Position numbers and translations under genes: made by a program. Shown here piece by piece: positions 37,931 to 47,672 of a stretch of 64,000 bases of DNA (its first letter is position 1; every line of letters starts with the position of its first letter). The stretch is from Spirochaetales bacterium (GTDB lineage Bacteria > Spirochaetota > Spirochaetia > JABEVK01). The notes under the pieces were generated by a model that saw only the letters and a program-made list of their open reading frames with translations, had not been told where the DNA came from and ran no database searches. Location of the stretch: assembly GCA_037142615.1 (NCBI GenBank), contig JBAXAI010000002.1, positions 64,001 to 128,000 on the forward strand, read 5' to 3'.

Positions 37931-40668
37931 TCTTCGCCCACCTCGCTTTCCAGCGGGACCGCGTCGACAAAAGCCTTCAAAACGCTCGCCAGACCCGCCA
38001 GATTGCCAGCATCGAGAGCCGCCGGGTCCTCTGTCCTCCAGTGAGGCAGAATGGGGAGCCAAGCGCCTTCCTGCGGTGGCGTGCTGAGCTCGGCCGCCAA
38101 CGAAGTGAAGAAGCGCCGCACCGGCGAAACGGGGTCGTCGTGGTTCAGTTGGGCCTTGAAGAACTCCATCACGGCAAGGGCCAGTTCCGGTCGCGCATCG
38201 CAGGCAGGGACGAGCCGGAGGGCCGTCAAGCTGGCGCCTTCCAGCACGACCGAGGCGACCACCTCATGGTCGTACTGCCGCCACGCAAACTGGCAAAACA
38301 GGTGAAACGCGTGCTCGACCACGAAGTTGAGGTTGCTTCCGGCCGCGACATCAAGGGGCGCCTTGAACTTGAACCTCCGCTCGGCCATTTCGGGGGCCGA
38401 ACTCACGAGCGGCACTTGGTAGCCCGGCAGCGGCTGTCGCCCCACGTGGTCACCACTGAGACAACTGATCACCGGAGCGAGCGTGATGGCTTCGGCGCCG
38501 TTCGCTTCGGGGACCCAGGCCCGGGCAACCCTCAGATGTGGCGGGAATCCCCCGGTAGGAAGCTCGGCTTCCGGTGCTCGGGTGGCGGCCTGCTTCAGCA
38601 TGTCGACAAGCTCCAGGTTCTTGAGAAGAACGTCCAGAACCGCCCGTGAAACGATGGTGTCATCGACAACAAACCAGAGGATTCTCTCGTTGTCGGCGTC
38701 GGCCCCCGCAGCCAGGTCGAGCCGATGGAGCAGGGTCGGAATATCGCCCATTCCGACGGAACTTTGGCGTCGGGAGAAGCCGCTCCGGCGTTTTGAGTCG
38801 CCGCCATCGATCAACCAGTCGTGGGTGAGCTCGCGGCTTTGGATGTAGTCCAACGAGTAGAGGCGACTGAGCGATGGAAAGAAGGACGAGGCCGACCAGT
38901 AGCGCCCTCCGTCCCAAAACACCGGCCCTGCGCCAAAGTTCTGCACCGTCGCCATCACAAACGGCGGCGCCTCGCTTCGGGCAACTTCTTCGATCGCGTC
39001 GGGCCGATAGCCCGTGCTTTCGGGGGTTTCGGCTGGAGCCGACGGGCTCATCAGCACGATCGAAGTGTGGAGGGGTTGCGGCGGTTGGAGCGAGAAGCAG
39101 TCTCGGGGCCCAAGACCCGCGGTGACTTGCTTTGCCAGCGACAGCGACGACTCCAGCGACCCGAAGCGCACCTGCGATACCCTCAAGGCACCCTCAGCCC
39201 CCCGCAAAATTGCCAAATGGTCGAGCTTGTCTAGCACCTGCCGCGCCGTTGCGAGCCCTTGCGAGGTCATCGAGTCGAGGTCACCTACGTAGGCGATCGA
39301 CAGGTCTCTGGCCAGGTCACCAAAGGAGTAGTAATTCTCGCTGCCGTCTTCTTCCGGAAGCACTAGCTTCTTTGAGACATCAAAGTACAGGATATCGGGA
39401 ATCTCGAACTTGGCTTGGAACTTGCCGTACTCCGACAGGTCCCGCAGAACCACGGTTCGTTTCAGCCATTCCAGATTGTCAAAGACCGAGGCAAAGCGCT
39501 CGCGAAGGTCCGCCGCCGCCGCCTTGTCGTGCAGAAGGAACAGGGCCTTCTTGCCGTCCAAGACGCCCGACAGGGCGCTGAAAAGGCAGGTGGTCCGCAT
39601 CCCGCTGCCGATGGCACCGCGGATCACCAGGTTCCGTCGCTTCTCGATCGCTTCGATGATCGAGATTTGTTCCTGGCGGAACTCGCGTATCCCCATCACG
39701 CTCAGCAGATCCTTCTTGCGGGTAGCGCCCACGATCCAAGGGTTGCCCGCCTCCTGATAGAGCTTTTGCGACGTGGCAGAGAACTGCCGACGAAGGTTCC
39801 AGGGCTGGGACACTTCCTTCAGGTTGAGTTTGTAAGGGATTTGACCACTGGCAAACCTCTCCTTGAGGTAGCGCGAAATCAGGGCCATGTCGGGGACAAC
39901 CTCAGTCGTCAGATCCTTGTTTTCGATCAGTTCCTCTTTGGGAGTTTTGGGAAAAGCTCTGGAAAGGAACCAAAAGGTCGTCCCTAACGGGATCCAGAAG
40001 AAGTCAACGACCCGAAAGTCGGGAAAGACGGTCGTTTGGCCCTGGAGGAGCGTCGTGAGCCAGTCAATGTCTCCACCCAGGAGTTTGAAGAGGGGTCCCC
40101 AGCCATTGGCAAGCACCCACGCGCCTTCGGCCGCCATCGACAGCATTCCGACAATGCAAAGGGTTCGCATCCACTTCCCGTACAGGGGATACACGAACTT
40201 ATGCTTGTGCCGTTTGATGCCAAAAAAGTACTTGATCACCGCCAGATAGCCTTCGTTGGTCCGGAAGTTCAAGGCTTCCTGGATCGGTCGAAGCACCAGA
40301 AACGCAATCGAGGTGACGAAACTCCAAAAGGCGGCAAAAAGCAAGGCAACAGCCGAGATGGGCAGGAGATTCATCAGGAACTTCTCGAGACTAATTCGGT
40401 TGCCCGGCGAAACGAAGTCGGCAAGCTGACCGTTGCCTGCCTGGCCTTTTTCGATGAGGGACCCGAGACCCAGGAACTGGCCTGCTGAATCGACCACGGA
40501 ACTGGTCACCGACGCGAAGAGCGCGCGGAAGAACGAGTGCTGGCCGGTGAGCAGACCAAACAGGGCCTCGGACAGCACCGCAAGAACGGCCAGAACGAAC
40601 ACGGTCAGGCCGAGGATACCGTAAAAGGAATAGTCCGTGTAACTGGCGAACGGTTTCGATTCTTTCAT
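37927..40668 (-). CDS. Membrane-anchored degenerate SF2 helicase-like protein
   Basis: About 4 N-terminal TM segments; FRQEQ Q-motif; NLVIRGAIGSGMRTT broken Walker A; PDILYFD; YVGDLD in the Walker B position. Confidence 0.65.
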   Translation of the reverse strand: MKESKPFASYTDYSFYGILGLTVFVLAVLAVLSEALFGLLTGQHSFFRALFASVTSSVVDSAGQFLGLGSLIEKGQAGNGQLADFVSPGNRISLEKFLMNLLPISAVALLFAAFWSFVTSIAFLVLRPIQEALNFRTNEGYLAVIKYFFGIKRHKHKFVYPLYGKWMRTLCIVGMLSMAAEGAWVLANGWGPLFKLLGGDIDWLTTLLQGQTTVFPDFRVVDFFWIPLGTTFWFLSRAFPKTPKEELIENKDLTTEVVPDMALISRYLKERFASGQIPYKLNLKEVSQPWNLRRQFSATSQKLYQEAGNPWIVGATRKKDLLSVMGIREFRQEQISIIEAIEKRRNLVIRGAIGSGMRTTCLFSALSGVLDGKKALFLLHDKAAAADLRERFASVFDNLEWLKRTVVLRDLSEYGKFQAKFEIPDILYFDVSKKLVLPEEDGSENYYSFGDLARDLSIAYVGDLDSMTSQGLATARQVLDKLDHLAILRGAEGALRVSQVRFGSLESSLSLAKQVTAGLGPRDCFSLQPPQPLHTSIVLMSPSAPAETPESTGYRPDAIEEVARSEAPPFVMATVQNFGAGPVFWDGGRYWSASSFFPSLSRLYSLDYIQSRELTHDWLIDGGDSKRRSGFSRRQSSVGMGDIPTLLHRLDLAAGADADNERILWFVVDDTIVSRAVLDVLLKNLELVDMLKQAATRAPEAELPTGGFPPHLRVARAWVPEANGAEAITLAPVISCLSGDHVGRQPLPGYQVPLVSSAPEMAERRFKFKAPLDVAAGSNLNFVVEHAFHLFCQFAWRQYDHEVVASVVLEGASLTALRLVPACDARPELALAVMEFFKAQLNHDDPVSPVRRFFTSLAAELSTPPQEGAWLPILPHWRTEDPAALDAGNLAGLASVLKAFVDAVPLESEVGEE

Positions 40669-43600
40669 CAGTCGCGTTCCCACTGACCCAAAGCCTCTTT
40701 CATCGTCGGGTAGTCGAGGTGAAGGCACAGGTTGATAAAGTTCATTCCCAGAAAATCCTCATCTTCGCGAAGCAGACTGGTTCGAAGCGAGCTCTTCATG
40801 CCCCGGTCTGCCAAGGTCTTGACCATGATCCCGAAGAAGGTCTGGTTGGTTTCCACCAACGTGTACTGCGGAAGCTTGCGAACCTGAAACATCACTTCCC
40901 GCCGTGAGGCATGGGTTTCGACGAAGGCTCCCACCCGCTCTCGGATCGAAGGCAACTCGACGACGGCCGATAGGAGCTCACGCGTCTGGTCATCGCTCAG
41001 CAGATCGTAGGACTCCCCTGACCTGAGCTTTTCGAGCAACTGCTCGGTCGTCTTTCCCTTGTTGAAGATTTCGCTGGTCCGTATGAACACCCCCTGGAAG
41101 GTCCTCACCTGAAGGTCCTTGGGAATGATGCTGTTGGCCAAGAGCAGGGCCTCACGGCTCCTTCCTTCTTTGCCGGCTTGTTCTTCCTTGATCAGTGCCT
41201 TGCGGAGGAACGAGGTCTCGCCCGAAAGTTTGAGTCTGGTGTCTTCGAGGCACTTTGTCACCTCGGTCTTGAAACCCGAGATGCGGCCATCCATCCCTTT
41301 GAGCCAAGATTCCCACTCGGCAACCTGTTGCTTCAACCGATTGGCGGAAGCCACGTTTCCAATCGCCAACCTCAGTTCGAGAGCTTCGTACTGGGCGCGG
41401 TAGCGTTCGGTCAGGAACTCCGAGATTTTGGACTTCAGCTTCACGTAGCGGGTTCGAACTCCCGAGCGCAAAAGCAGAAAGATTCCCCAGACGATGGCGG
41501 CCATGCCGATCCCCGCTGCCAGCAGGTTGAGGACTGGGGAAGGGACTCCTGTGGTCTGCGCCATTTTCGTGAGCCAGCTCGAAATAAACTGAGCGGCGTG
41601 GAGCCCATCGCCAAGTTCCGGCGACACCAGCAGAAAGGTCGACAGGGCCGCACCGATGACCGTGAAGATCATGAAGCGGGATTTGGGAAGCCTCTCGATC
41701 GCTTCCACGAAACCTTCTGCCTGAGTTACCGTCTCGCGCTGCAGCCTGCTCGAAAGCGGTGTGCGTTCGGCTTCGGTGCCCGGGGCCAAGGCGTCTGCCC
41801 GAAGTTTGGGCGTGAAGTGCGAACCCAGGATTTGACCCAATTCCTGCAACATGTACGGTACCAGACGCCAGTTGGCGAACGGCTGTGAGTGGACTTCTTT
41901 GCTGGTCAGGTCCGGCTGAAGCTGCTCTTGGATCGCCCTCTCGAGGATTTGAGACAAGCGCTTCTGCTTGTCCTGATTGCGAAGGATAAGGCTGGGGTTG
42001 AGCCGGGAATCGTGGACCTCTTTCATCGCCTCGACGCCTTCATCGACCACCCGCAGAGTATGGCGGGTCGTCTCAAAATTGAACTCCTTCAGACTCCTGA
42101 AGAAGCGCACAGGTCGGAGCGGACCGGCCATTTCCCGGAAACTCAACACCGTCTTGTCCGGGAACCTCGACTTGACAGGTCTGCCATCGCGGGCCGTCAA
42201 GGGGACTTCGGGCGCTTTGCAGTCCTCGAGCAGAAGGATCGGCTCGACGCCCAGTGAGTCGTTGGAAAGTCGATCGGCAAGGTTCACGTGAAGCACATGG
42301 CCAAAGGCGCTGTAAATGTGGTCGATCAGCAGGGTGGAGGGCACTTCGGCACTGGAGCCGGAGTTGTCCTTCAGGAGTTCCCTGTCGAGCTCGGCGAGCT
42401 GGAACTTGTCCAAGGCTTCCCGTGCGATCAGGTTGGCTCGGCCCACGCCGCTGGGCTCCACCGCGATCTTGTCTTTGACCAGTTCGCCGGGTGGGTCGGC
42501 AAGGTACTCGAGTGCCTTGGAGGCCTGGTCGAGTTCCACGTAACGCTTCAGGTCAAGCAGTTGGGCTTCCAGCGAAAAGATCCCCGCGCACGCGTAAGAG
42601 GCGGTCGTCCGGTCAAGGTCGTCGAGCAGCCGGCCCAGGTACTCGGCGAAACTCGTACCTTTGGAAGGCTTGGCCGGGTCAACACACAGCCGCTCGATTG
42701 CCCGGTTGTCGGTGGCAAAATGGACGTTGTCGCGTTGAAAGACCAAGCGAAAGAGGCTGCGCAGGTTCGCGTCATCGCGGCCGTCGCCAGACTCGAGGGT
42801 TACGGCCAAGAGTCGCATCAGCGATCGGGCCGCGTGCATCACATCTTCGGGTTCAAGCGTGCTGCCACGGTTACTTTCTTTGTCGACCAGGAAAACTCTG
42901 GTCAGACGCGACTCGAAGGCGATCACCTTGCGATGGGCCTGTGCGTCGTCCTGTTTTCGCCGTTTGTCGCCATCGTTTCGTCTGCTGTAGGCGTCGAAGC
43001 GCTCCCAAAGATACTTCAGGCCCCAGCGGCGGCGAAGGCAATGTTTGAGGTAGGTCGGAATACTGAACAGCGTGGAGCGGTCTTCCCCGACAATGCTGAC
43101 CACGACGACACTGAAGTCCCACTTTTCCAGATAGTCCACCACCCACAGCAGCCTCTGATTGAGCTCCGACGTGTTTTCGAGCAGGATGACGGCATTCAGT
43201 TCCGTTTGGTCGATGGCCCGGTCCAGATCCTGCTCTGACCTGGCACCGGTGATCCAGCCTCGGGCTTCTTCGAGCACAAGCTTGTCGCACCGACGCGCGT
43301 AGACCTCGGAAAACGGCGACTCGGACGCGGCAGTAAGCTCAGGACTCTCTTTCAGCGCGTCACAAATCTGCAACGCCGTCGACTTATCAAACCGGAAGCC
43401 GACGTCGGCTACCTTGGCCCTGTCCTCCAGCTTCAGTACTGCCTGCAATATGGCGTCGTTGCCCTCATAAGCGGCAAGATCCCGCAGCGTTTGCGGTGAC
43501 ACATCATCGAAGGCCTTCTGGGTCAAGGCACCGACCCAAGACGACTCGGGAAGCAGCGCCCAAAGAGCCTCAAACGTGGCAAGGCTCCCTTGTTTGCAGG

Positions 43601-44120
43601 ACCAGTGCAGAGCGCAAAACCCATCGTGATCGGGCCTCAGGACCAGCTCGGCGAGAGCGCTGAGCGCGGGCTCGGCCAAGGCCTTGAGGTTGGCCTTGAG
43701 CCACGTTGGCAACCACGGACTGCCGCAGGCTGCTGCCCAATGCAGGAGGCTCCAGCCTTCACTGTCGTCGAGCTCGAAACGAGGCCCCGACCCGAGGTAG
43801 TCCGAGAGGGCTTGCCAGTCCAGGCCCGCTTTGTTCTTTCTCGGGAAGGTCCTGTCGAGCAGTTCGTTGGCGCCAGCTTGGTCAGTACACCTCAAAAGCA
43901 GTGCTTGCGCCGAAGGCGGCACTTGCTGGCCGGGGTGCCCTTCACGGGGTTCCTGCGGTTGCTCGTCCAGTTGACAACGTCGCTGGACCTGATACGGGAC
44001 ACGCGAGGGGTCCGGGTCAAAAAGGTGAGGCGAGCCTTCCAGGGTGTCAGCTGCCTTCGCCCCAAGACTGACGACAAGAGTTTTGTACCGGACCACAAGA
44101 TTTGTCTGGCGCTCTGTCAC
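40668..44120 (-). CDS. Large membrane protein: degenerate tubulin-like domain with ankyrin-repeat insert, 2 TM, coiled coil
   Basis: GWSLLHWAA and GFCALHWSC ankyrin-like motifs; segments collinear with the neighbouring tubulin-like protein; GTG start. Confidence 0.65.
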   Translation of the reverse strand: MTERQTNLVVRYKTLVVSLGAKAADTLEGSPHLFDPDPSRVPYQVQRRCQLDEQPQEPREGHPGQQVPPSAQALLLRCTDQAGANELLDRTFPRKNKAGLDWQALSDYLGSGPRFELDDSEGWSLLHWAAACGSPWLPTWLKANLKALAEPALSALAELVLRPDHDGFCALHWSCKQGSLATFEALWALLPESSWVGALTQKAFDDVSPQTLRDLAAYEGNDAILQAVLKLEDRAKVADVGFRFDKSTALQICDALKESPELTAASESPFSEVYARRCDKLVLEEARGWITGARSEQDLDRAIDQTELNAVILLENTSELNQRLLWVVDYLEKWDFSVVVVSIVGEDRSTLFSIPTYLKHCLRRRWGLKYLWERFDAYSRRNDGDKRRKQDDAQAHRKVIAFESRLTRVFLVDKESNRGSTLEPEDVMHAARSLMRLLAVTLESGDGRDDANLRSLFRLVFQRDNVHFATDNRAIERLCVDPAKPSKGTSFAEYLGRLLDDLDRTTASYACAGIFSLEAQLLDLKRYVELDQASKALEYLADPPGELVKDKIAVEPSGVGRANLIAREALDKFQLAELDRELLKDNSGSSAEVPSTLLIDHIYSAFGHVLHVNLADRLSNDSLGVEPILLLEDCKAPEVPLTARDGRPVKSRFPDKTVLSFREMAGPLRPVRFFRSLKEFNFETTRHTLRVVDEGVEAMKEVHDSRLNPSLILRNQDKQKRLSQILERAIQEQLQPDLTSKEVHSQPFANWRLVPYMLQELGQILGSHFTPKLRADALAPGTEAERTPLSSRLQRETVTQAEGFVEAIERLPKSRFMIFTVIGAALSTFLLVSPELGDGLHAAQFISSWLTKMAQTTGVPSPVLNLLAAGIGMAAIVWGIFLLLRSGVRTRYVKLKSKISEFLTERYRAQYEALELRLAIGNVASANRLKQQVAEWESWLKGMDGRISGFKTEVTKCLEDTRLKLSGETSFLRKALIKEEQAGKEGRSREALLLANSIIPKDLQVRTFQGVFIRTSEIFNKGKTTEQLLEKLRSGESYDLLSDDQTRELLSAVVELPSIRERVGAFVETHASRREVMFQVRKLPQYTLVETNQTFFGIMVKTLADRGMKSSLRTSLLREDEDFLGMNFINLCLHLDYPTMKEALGQWERD

Positions 44121-44138
44121 GCGGTTCTAGCTCCTAGT

Positions 44139-47100
44139 TCAACTGACGACCGGCCAAAAGAACTCCTCGAAGGGAGCGCAAGCGGCACGCAGGCCCTCTG
44201 CCCAGGCCGCCTCGTCGTCGCAGCGTTTGGCAAAGGCAAGCGTGCTGTTATACAACTGCTCCACAAACACACTCGTCTTGTTCTTCCGTGTCGAAGCCTT
44301 GTTCAGGTAGGTGGCCAGAACGCTCAGGTAACCGGTTAGTTCCTTCTGCCACGCCACCTCGCGCAATTGAACGTTTTCGACCAAGCGGAGCTCCAGCCGT
44401 TTTTGGCATACGGCCCCGTCAGCCAAGCCGAAGTTCACGCGGAAGAGCTTGAACACCGAGAGCAAGTTGACTGGATCCTTGTCTTCCAGCTTGAGCGGCG
44501 TCGATGCGAACCGTTTGGAGTAGGTGCTCAGGTCGTCTTCCAGGCTGTCGGGTTTCCAATCGCCCGACATCCAGGCAGAGGATTTGTGGGTACCCTTTTC
44601 TTCGGTCACGTGCAACAGCGGCGAGGTCGAGTCGTCCTTGGAATCCCGTTCGCGTCCCAAGGCCAGCCAAACGAGGAAAAAGGCCTTGATCTGCTGGTTG
44701 AAGTACGCGTCCAGGTCTTCGAGCTCGCGGCTCCAATCCTGATGGATGTGCGTGGTGATGGCCGAATCGCGCAGCTCCTGGTAGTAGGCGGCCTTCATTG
44801 AACCATTGCCGGTAAACAGGTTTTCGACCTTGCCCAGGTCGAACGCCAGGTACGACTGGTAGAACAGCACCCGGTTGTCGAACGACTCTTCGAGTTTGTC
44901 GGTTTCGGTTTCGGGGAAGATTCCCGGTGCCGACTTCAGGTACTCCTGCAACACTTTGCCGAGTTCCTGCTGCACCTTGGACGTGCAGGCGTAGCTCTGG
45001 ATCTTGTTGACCCGGTTGTCGCCCTTGCTGATCCGAATAAACGGCGCTGACAAACCGAACGCGGCCTTGGCCTTGTCCTTTTTGTATTCCTCAATGTCGC
45101 GTTCGGTGCTTTCCGGATGAAGCATCTTGGCCTCTTCTTCCAAGGCGGCCCCGATCGACAGGTCCAGCGAGTGGTGCTTTTCGATTTTTTGGAACACGGC
45201 CTCGACCATGCCCTCGCGCACTTCACCGACGACCTTTTTGGAGGCTCGGTTTGACTCGTCTTTCATGCGTTTGAGCACATCGCCGGAATCCAAGGCCTGC
45301 TTTTCGAAATCCTCCAGCTTTTCGGTCAGGGAGTTCCAGTTCTTCATGACCCCATCGGTCAGCGAATTGTAGAACTCGGCCAACACCTGGTTCGAGTCCA
45401 TCTTGAAGATCTGCTGCATGAACTTCTGGATGGCCTCCTCGCTCGCCAAGACCGTGATCTTGGAGTTGTCGGGGTAGATTTTGTCTTCGAACTTGCCCGA
45501 GTGTTTGACGGCTTCGAGACCCGCCGCGACCTGACGTTTGAGGTCGCTCATCTTGTCGAACAGGCCATGGATGCAGTTGAGCAAACCCTGAGGCTTTTCC
45601 GGATCGATGCGGTCCAGAAACTGGCCGACGAAGGTCTCGAGAATCGCGAAGAAATGGAGTCCCTGCGACCAGCCGTTGTTCTTGACAACGAGACTGCCGT
45701 CGGCTTGTCTGGTGGTCTCGAACCGGGTGTAGCTCGAAAGCCTGTAGTTCGAAAAGGCGGCATCGCCGGGCAACAAGAGGAACTGCTGGAACAGTTCTTT
45801 CATCTGGTTGAGGTTGGTTTTTTTGGAAAGTGCCAGCACCGGCTGCTCGATGAGCGAGTTAAGGCTTTCAAAGCGTTTCTGAACCTTCCCGAGTTCCTCT
45901 TCGAAGGAGTTCAGTCCCCTGGAGGAGTCTTCCTTTTTCCCTGCGCCGGAACCTCCGGTGACGGAGTTCGCCAACAAGACCCTGTAAATGCTCAGGGTTT
46001 TGTAAAGCGTCGAAAGCAGGTACCGGATTTCAAACAGATTGCGTTTGCTGCCGTCGCCGCCGGGAGCCTTGAGCAGGTTTCCCAAACGGTAGGCTTGCCC
46101 CTGAACCCCCGAGTCCTGAAACACGTCTTCGACGATGCCACGAAGGTTCTCTTTCTGGAAGCGCTCGGCACGTTTGCGAAGTCGCTTCATGTCGGAAAGC
46201 ACTGCGTAGACGCCGCTTTTGGTTCCCATCTGGGCTTCGATCGCCTGCGACCTCAGGGTTCCGTCCTTTTCAATAAACTGAGATTGGGAAAGGACTTGTT
46301 CCACATACTCCTTTTGAATCCGCTTCACGACCTCCGTCCAGTAGCTGTCGTAAGTGGTCGGATTGTTCGGGGTGTCGGGGCTACCGTCGATGGCGATTCG
46401 GATTCCCACAAAAGGCACGGGGAATTGATTGGCCAAGGCCTGGACCTGAGTGAGGAAGGCTTCTTCGCGGCGAGGTTTCGATACCGGTTTGCCTTCCGCT
46501 TTTTCGCGTTCATACTGGGCGTTCGCGACCAGATAACCGGCGTCGGCCTTGAGCCAGTAGCCTTCTTCGCCAAAGGTTTTGTTGAGGTACTCGTACGACA
46601 GGCGCCAGGCGATGTCCTTGCGCGGGAAGATCAGGGCTGAGAACCCGAAGGAACTGTAGCGCCGGCTTTTCTCGCCACCTTTCACGGCTTTCAGCAAGCT
46701 GTTGATGAAATTGTCTTCCGCGCTGCCGGCCTTGTCGGCGATCGGCGAAAAAACCTGCATGTAGAGGCAGTGCGCAATTTCGCGGTAGTAGTGCTCGTAG
46801 CCCGGCCCGGGAGTTTCAAACGGGATGCCGGAGTCCCGGGTCTTGTCGAACAGCACACACCAGTCAAAGGGACGTTCCGACAGGTAGCGCTCGGCGTTCT
46901 CGACGATGTTCGCCTGAAAGTCGGGTTGCGCGAGGTAGTTGAACGGCGGAATGTAGTCGACATACTCGCGCGACGAATCGGCGTAACCGATCGCTGCTTC
47001 GAGTTCCTTGAGGCTGGCGTAACCGTTGGCCCGCAGCCGGTTGTAAAGCGAAGGCTCTTGCCCGCCCTGACAGAACACTTCGGGCATCATCAGTACGGCC

Positions 47101-47663
47101 CGCATATCGACCTTTCGGCCCTTAAGGAGTTCGCGCACCTGATAGCCGATCATGTTGAACAGCGCGCTGCCGGTGCCACCGGCGGTCGAGGCGATGACGT
47201 AGATGCGCAACATGTTGTCGGAGGTGTCCACGTTGGCGGTGATGCCCTGAACCTTGGTCAGAATCGCGTTGATTTTTTCCTTGAGGTTGTTGTTTTCCAT
47301 CTGGTAGTGGTAGCCCAACCGCGACGTGATGCGGATCTGGCCCGCACCTTTGTCGAGGGGTTTGGTGTTGAGCATCCCCGTGTCGGCCGGCCACCACGAG
47401 AAGAAGTCGGTGTCGTTGGCGTTGCGCTTGTCTTCGATGTAGCGCGCGACGTTGACGTTTTCGGAGGTTTTGATCTGGTTCTCGTCGGGGATTCCGCTGG
47501 CGCGCAATTCCTCGACGTCGGTGTCGAGGGCCGAAAAGATGAACTGGTGGTCGACCAGCGGGGTGTACTCCGGCGTGGCCAGGCAGAGTTCGCGGAGGAA
47601 CCGGATTGTCTTGCTTCCGCTGCCCCCGAGTCCGATGAAAATGGTGGGAAAGTACTTCTTCAT
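44139..47663 (-). CDS. Tubulin/FtsZ-like GTPase (Tubulin_2 type) with long helical C-terminus
   Basis: TIFIGLGGSG, ALDTD, GAGQIR, STAGGTGS signature, ANGYASLKEL. Confidence 0.9.
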   Translation of the reverse strand: MKKYFPTIFIGLGGSGSKTIRFLRELCLATPEYTPLVDHQFIFSALDTDVEELRASGIPDENQIKTSENVNVARYIEDKRNANDTDFFSWWPADTGMLNTKPLDKGAGQIRITSRLGYHYQMENNNLKEKINAILTKVQGITANVDTSDNMLRIYVIASTAGGTGSALFNMIGYQVRELLKGRKVDMRAVLMMPEVFCQGGQEPSLYNRLRANGYASLKELEAAIGYADSSREYVDYIPPFNYLAQPDFQANIVENAERYLSERPFDWCVLFDKTRDSGIPFETPGPGYEHYYREIAHCLYMQVFSPIADKAGSAEDNFINSLLKAVKGGEKSRRYSSFGFSALIFPRKDIAWRLSYEYLNKTFGEEGYWLKADAGYLVANAQYEREKAEGKPVSKPRREEAFLTQVQALANQFPVPFVGIRIAIDGSPDTPNNPTTYDSYWTEVVKRIQKEYVEQVLSQSQFIEKDGTLRSQAIEAQMGTKSGVYAVLSDMKRLRKRAERFQKENLRGIVEDVFQDSGVQGQAYRLGNLLKAPGGDGSKRNLFEIRYLLSTLYKTLSIYRVLLANSVTGGSGAGKKEDSSRGLNSFEEELGKVQKRFESLNSLIEQPVLALSKKTNLNQMKELFQQFLLLPGDAAFSNYRLSSYTRFETTRQADGSLVVKNNGWSQGLHFFAILETFVGQFLDRIDPEKPQGLLNCIHGLFDKMSDLKRQVAAGLEAVKHSGKFEDKIYPDNSKITVLASEEAIQKFMQQIFKMDSNQVLAEFYNSLTDGVMKNWNSLTEKLEDFEKQALDSGDVLKRMKDESNRASKKVVGEVREGMVEAVFQKIEKHHSLDLSIGAALEEEAKMLHPESTERDIEEYKKDKAKAAFGLSAPFIRISKGDNRVNKIQSYACTSKVQQELGKVLQEYLKSAPGIFPETETDKLEESFDNRVLFYQSYLAFDLGKVENLFTGNGSMKAAYYQELRDSAITTHIHQDWSRELEDLDAYFNQQIKAFFLVWLALGRERDSKDDSTSPLLHVTEEKGTHKSSAWMSGDWKPDSLEDDLSTYSKRFASTPLKLEDKDPVNLLSVFKLFRVNFGLADGAVCQKRLELRLVENVQLREVAWQKELTGYLSVLATYLNKASTRKNKTSVFVEQLYNSTLAFAKRCDDEAAWAEGLRAACAPFEEFFWPVVS

Positions 47664-47672
47664 GGTCTTCTC

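Noticed and set aside
44139-47663. Calling this gene ftsZ or a plasmid/phage tubZ
   Set aside because: It is 1174 aa, lacks dcw or partition context, and its motifs fit the Tubulin_2-type family
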